37,141 nucleotides of DNA from the NCBI GenBank assembly GCA_964515045.1, contig CAZERX010000001.1, positions 1 to 37,141 of the forward strand, given 5' to 3'. The translations under genes and the position numbers were made by a program. This DNA is from an uncultured Eubacterium sp. (lineage in GTDB: Bacteria; Bacillota; Clostridia; Lachnospirales; Lachnospiraceae). This document shows, one piece after another, positions 36,627 through 37,141 of this stretch (positions are counted from its first letter, which is position 1; each line of letters begins with the position of its first letter). The notes beneath the pieces are model-generated. The model ran no database searches. It was given only the letters and a program-made list of their open reading frames with translations, and was not told the DNA's origin.

Positions 36627-37141
36627 ATGAAATTCGGTTATTTTGATGACGCGAACAAAGAGTATGTGATCACAACCCCCAAGACTCCGCTCCCGTGGAT
36701 CAACTATCTGGGATGCAACGAGTTCTTTACGCTGATCTCGAACACATGCGGTGGATATACCTTCTATAAGGATGCGAAGCTGTTAAGACTCACACGTTAC
36801 CGTTACAATAATGTACCCGGTGACATCAACGGCAAATACTTCTACATTAAGGACGGCGACACCGTATGGAATCCCGGCTGGAAGCCGACGCAGACGGAGC
36901 TGGACAGCTATGAGTGCCGCCACGGTATCGGCTACAGCCGCTTTACCGGTGCGAAAAACGGCGTGACCGCTTCCGTTCTGACCTTCGTTCCGATGAACGA
37001 TAACTGCGAGCTGAGTCAGGTGACTCTGACGAACAACAGCTCTGAAACGAAAAATCTGAGCCTGTTTTCTTATGTAGAATGGTGTCGGTGGAACGCGGAT
37101 GATGATATGAATAACTTCCAGCGTAACTTTAGCATCGGTGA
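36627..37141 (+). CDS. GH94 cellobiose phosphorylase-like protein (5' part, truncated by window; absent from ORF track)
   Basis: AAGGAG RBS; MKFGYFDDANKEYVITTPKTPLPWINYLG...RLTRYRYNNVP...YECRHG; open to the window end. Confidence 0.9.
   Translation, partial: MKFGYFDDANKEYVITTPKTPLPWINYLGCNEFFTLISNTCGGYTFYKDAKLLRLTRYRYNNVPGDINGKYFYIKDGDTVWNPGWKPTQTELDSYECRHGIGYSRFTGAKNGVTASVLTFVPMNDNCELSQVTLTNNSSETKNLSLFSYVEWCRWNADDDMNNFQRNFSIG

Noticed and set aside
1-37141. tRNA, rRNA, CRISPR array, IS element or integrase
   Set aside because: None recognisable by eye; a covariance-model or IS search was not possible

Overview
This looks like a Lachnospiraceae-like (Roseburia/Eubacterium-type) Firmicute chromosome segment; the taxon is inferred from gene order and content. 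Almost every gene is on the minus strand. Read in transcription order (right to left), the window holds four blocks. (1) A sugar locus: divergent GH94 cellobiose-phosphorylase-like gene (cut by the window edge), a LacI repressor and a CUT1 ABC transporter. (2) A sigma28-driven late flagellar cluster: flgM-flgN-flgK-flgK-flgL-fliW-csrA-flaG-fliD-fliS-flgN-like. csrA carries a frameshifting deletion and there is no flagellin gene. (3) A sigma28 promoter followed by a ~130-nt ORF-less unit with three GGA-loop hairpins and a terminator, which is either a CsrA-sponge sRNA or the ghost of a deleted fliC. (4) A ~17-kb putative flagellar glycosylation/acylation island: GT2, NeuD/PglD-like acyltransferase, two sets of SDR plus split transketolase-like enzyme plus LuxE/LuxC (one set fused), an ACP, an adenylating ligase and a poly-G-frameshifted FkbM methyltransferase. 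Defence/TA-type cassettes interrupt and flank the island: an Rpn pseudogene with an intact internal small ORF, an AlbA_2/Schlafen-HATPase-HTH protein, an AAA-DUF4143 protein and an MqsR/MqsA-Panacea TA pair. All calls come from motif reading by eye; no database searches were run.
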